From NCBI GenBank assembly GCA_022813965.1, contig JALDZS010000084.1, positions 1 through 64,000 of the forward strand: a stretch of 64,000 nt of DNA, read 5' to 3'. Every line of letters begins with the position of its first letter. Position 1 is the first letter of the stretch. Below are positions 63,016-64,000 of this stretch, piece by piece. Made by a program: the position numbers and the translations under genes. The notes below the pieces were generated by a model. That model ran no database searches and was not told where the DNA came from. It saw only the letters and a list, made by a program, of their open reading frames with translations. This stretch comes from Toensbergia leucococca (Eukaryota).

Positions 63016-64000
63016 ATGGCCTCCCCCCTTCAAAACGCAGTCCGCTTCTCTCAAACCGGCCCTGTAGCCACCGTCCTAACAATCCAACAAACCCTCAAGC
63101 CCACTCCTCCACCTTCCTACAGCCTAATCCAAATCCGCGCCTCAGCCATCAACCCCTCCGACGTCGGCAACGTCGAAGGCCGCTTTCCCCAAGCGACCAC
63201 CACCCCCCGAACCCCAGGTCGTGACTTCGCCGGCGTGGTTGCCGAAGGCCCTGCTCACACTCTTGGTAAAAGAGTCTGGGGGACTGGAGGTAGTAACGGC
63301 TTTGACCGAGACGGGAGCCATGCTGAATGGATTGTTGTGCCCTCGGATGCCGTCGAGGAGATGCCGGCAAACCTATCTTTTGCGCAGGCGGCAGCTTGTG
63401 GGGTTGGGTTTTTGACTGCAAGTGGGATGGTGGATCGGGCCGCTGTGCGAAAAGGGGACCACGTGCTCATTCTAGGCAAGCACCCCCTTCAACCCACCTC
63501 ACGAAGATACCGCACAAGAAGAAAAAACAGCCCGATAACCAGAAAAAACCAGCAGGTTCCTCCGGCGCCGTCGGCACAGCAGCAACGCAACTCCTAAGTC
63601 TCACCGGCGCAATCCCCCTCCTCACCTCCCGCCGAAGCGAACCAAACTCAATCAACATAACCCAAGACCTTGGCCCCCAAATCGTAACGACAACCACGGG
63701 GAAAGGCGTCGTGGCCATAATCGACTGCGTAGGCGAAGCCAGCCTCTTCAAAAAAGCCCTTGAAGCCCTCGGAGAAAACGGCCGCTAGTAATGTCCCCAT
63801 CCTCCGAATACTCCCAAACTCCAACAACTAACCTCACCCGCAAACAGCGTCTTCATCACCGCCGGTCGCACCCCTGGTTTTCAGTTTACCCTCGACGCCC
63901 TCGACTTCTACCGGCACAACAAATCTCTAATCGGGCTTAACACGCTGCCCATCTCTTTTGAAGATTCTTCTGCCACACTGGCGAAACTGAAGCAGGGATT
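63016..64000 (+). CDS. MDR-superfamily (quinone oxidoreductase / zinc-binding dehydrogenase-like) protein, truncated by window end
   Basis: ASAINPSD, TPRTPGRDFAGVV, GSHAEW, LSFAQAAA, Rossmann ILG|SSGAVG, IIDCVG. Confidence 0.88.

Noticed and set aside
1..64000. tRNA, rRNA, CRISPR arrays, secondary-metabolite core genes
   Set aside because: None recognised by eye; a tRNAscan-SE/Infernal run is needed to exclude small RNAs.

Overview
Intron-rich filamentous ascomycete (Pezizomycotina) DNA; the taxon cannot be fixed from this window. It opens with an AT-rich, RIP-like mutated pogo/Fot1 transposon relic, with a short intact solo-LTR-like piece in the same island. A dense block of conserved genes follows: RPA190, LTN1/RKR1, RAD3/XPD, TAM41, BIR1, an F-box gene, bli-3, DPH5, SPT3, SNU23, a SUN-family glucanase, APS2, PPM1, a FUSC/ALMT-like transporter, IST1 and NMA111. 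A more accessory region from ~51 kb holds a secreted Kex2-type repeat-peptide precursor, a DUF1295 gene, a Cys-rich relic, a YWTD protein, a GPI-anchored protein, an XIP-type aquaporin and an MDR oxidoreductase. The main observations are: (1) a spliced, disulfide-loop repeat-peptide precursor whose repeat array continues past an in-frame TAG; (2) three neighbouring genes each broken by a single TAG/TGA, two apparently at Trp positions (decay versus A-to-I rescue); (3) TIR-element ends inside the promoters of RPA190, DPH5/SPT3 and APS2; (4) a recurrent strand-symmetric C-rich to G-rich switch, mostly in gene 3' halves; (5) an unusually long SPT3 intron that could supply an alternative N-terminus or a micro-exon. 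All family calls come from motif recognition by eye; no searches were run.
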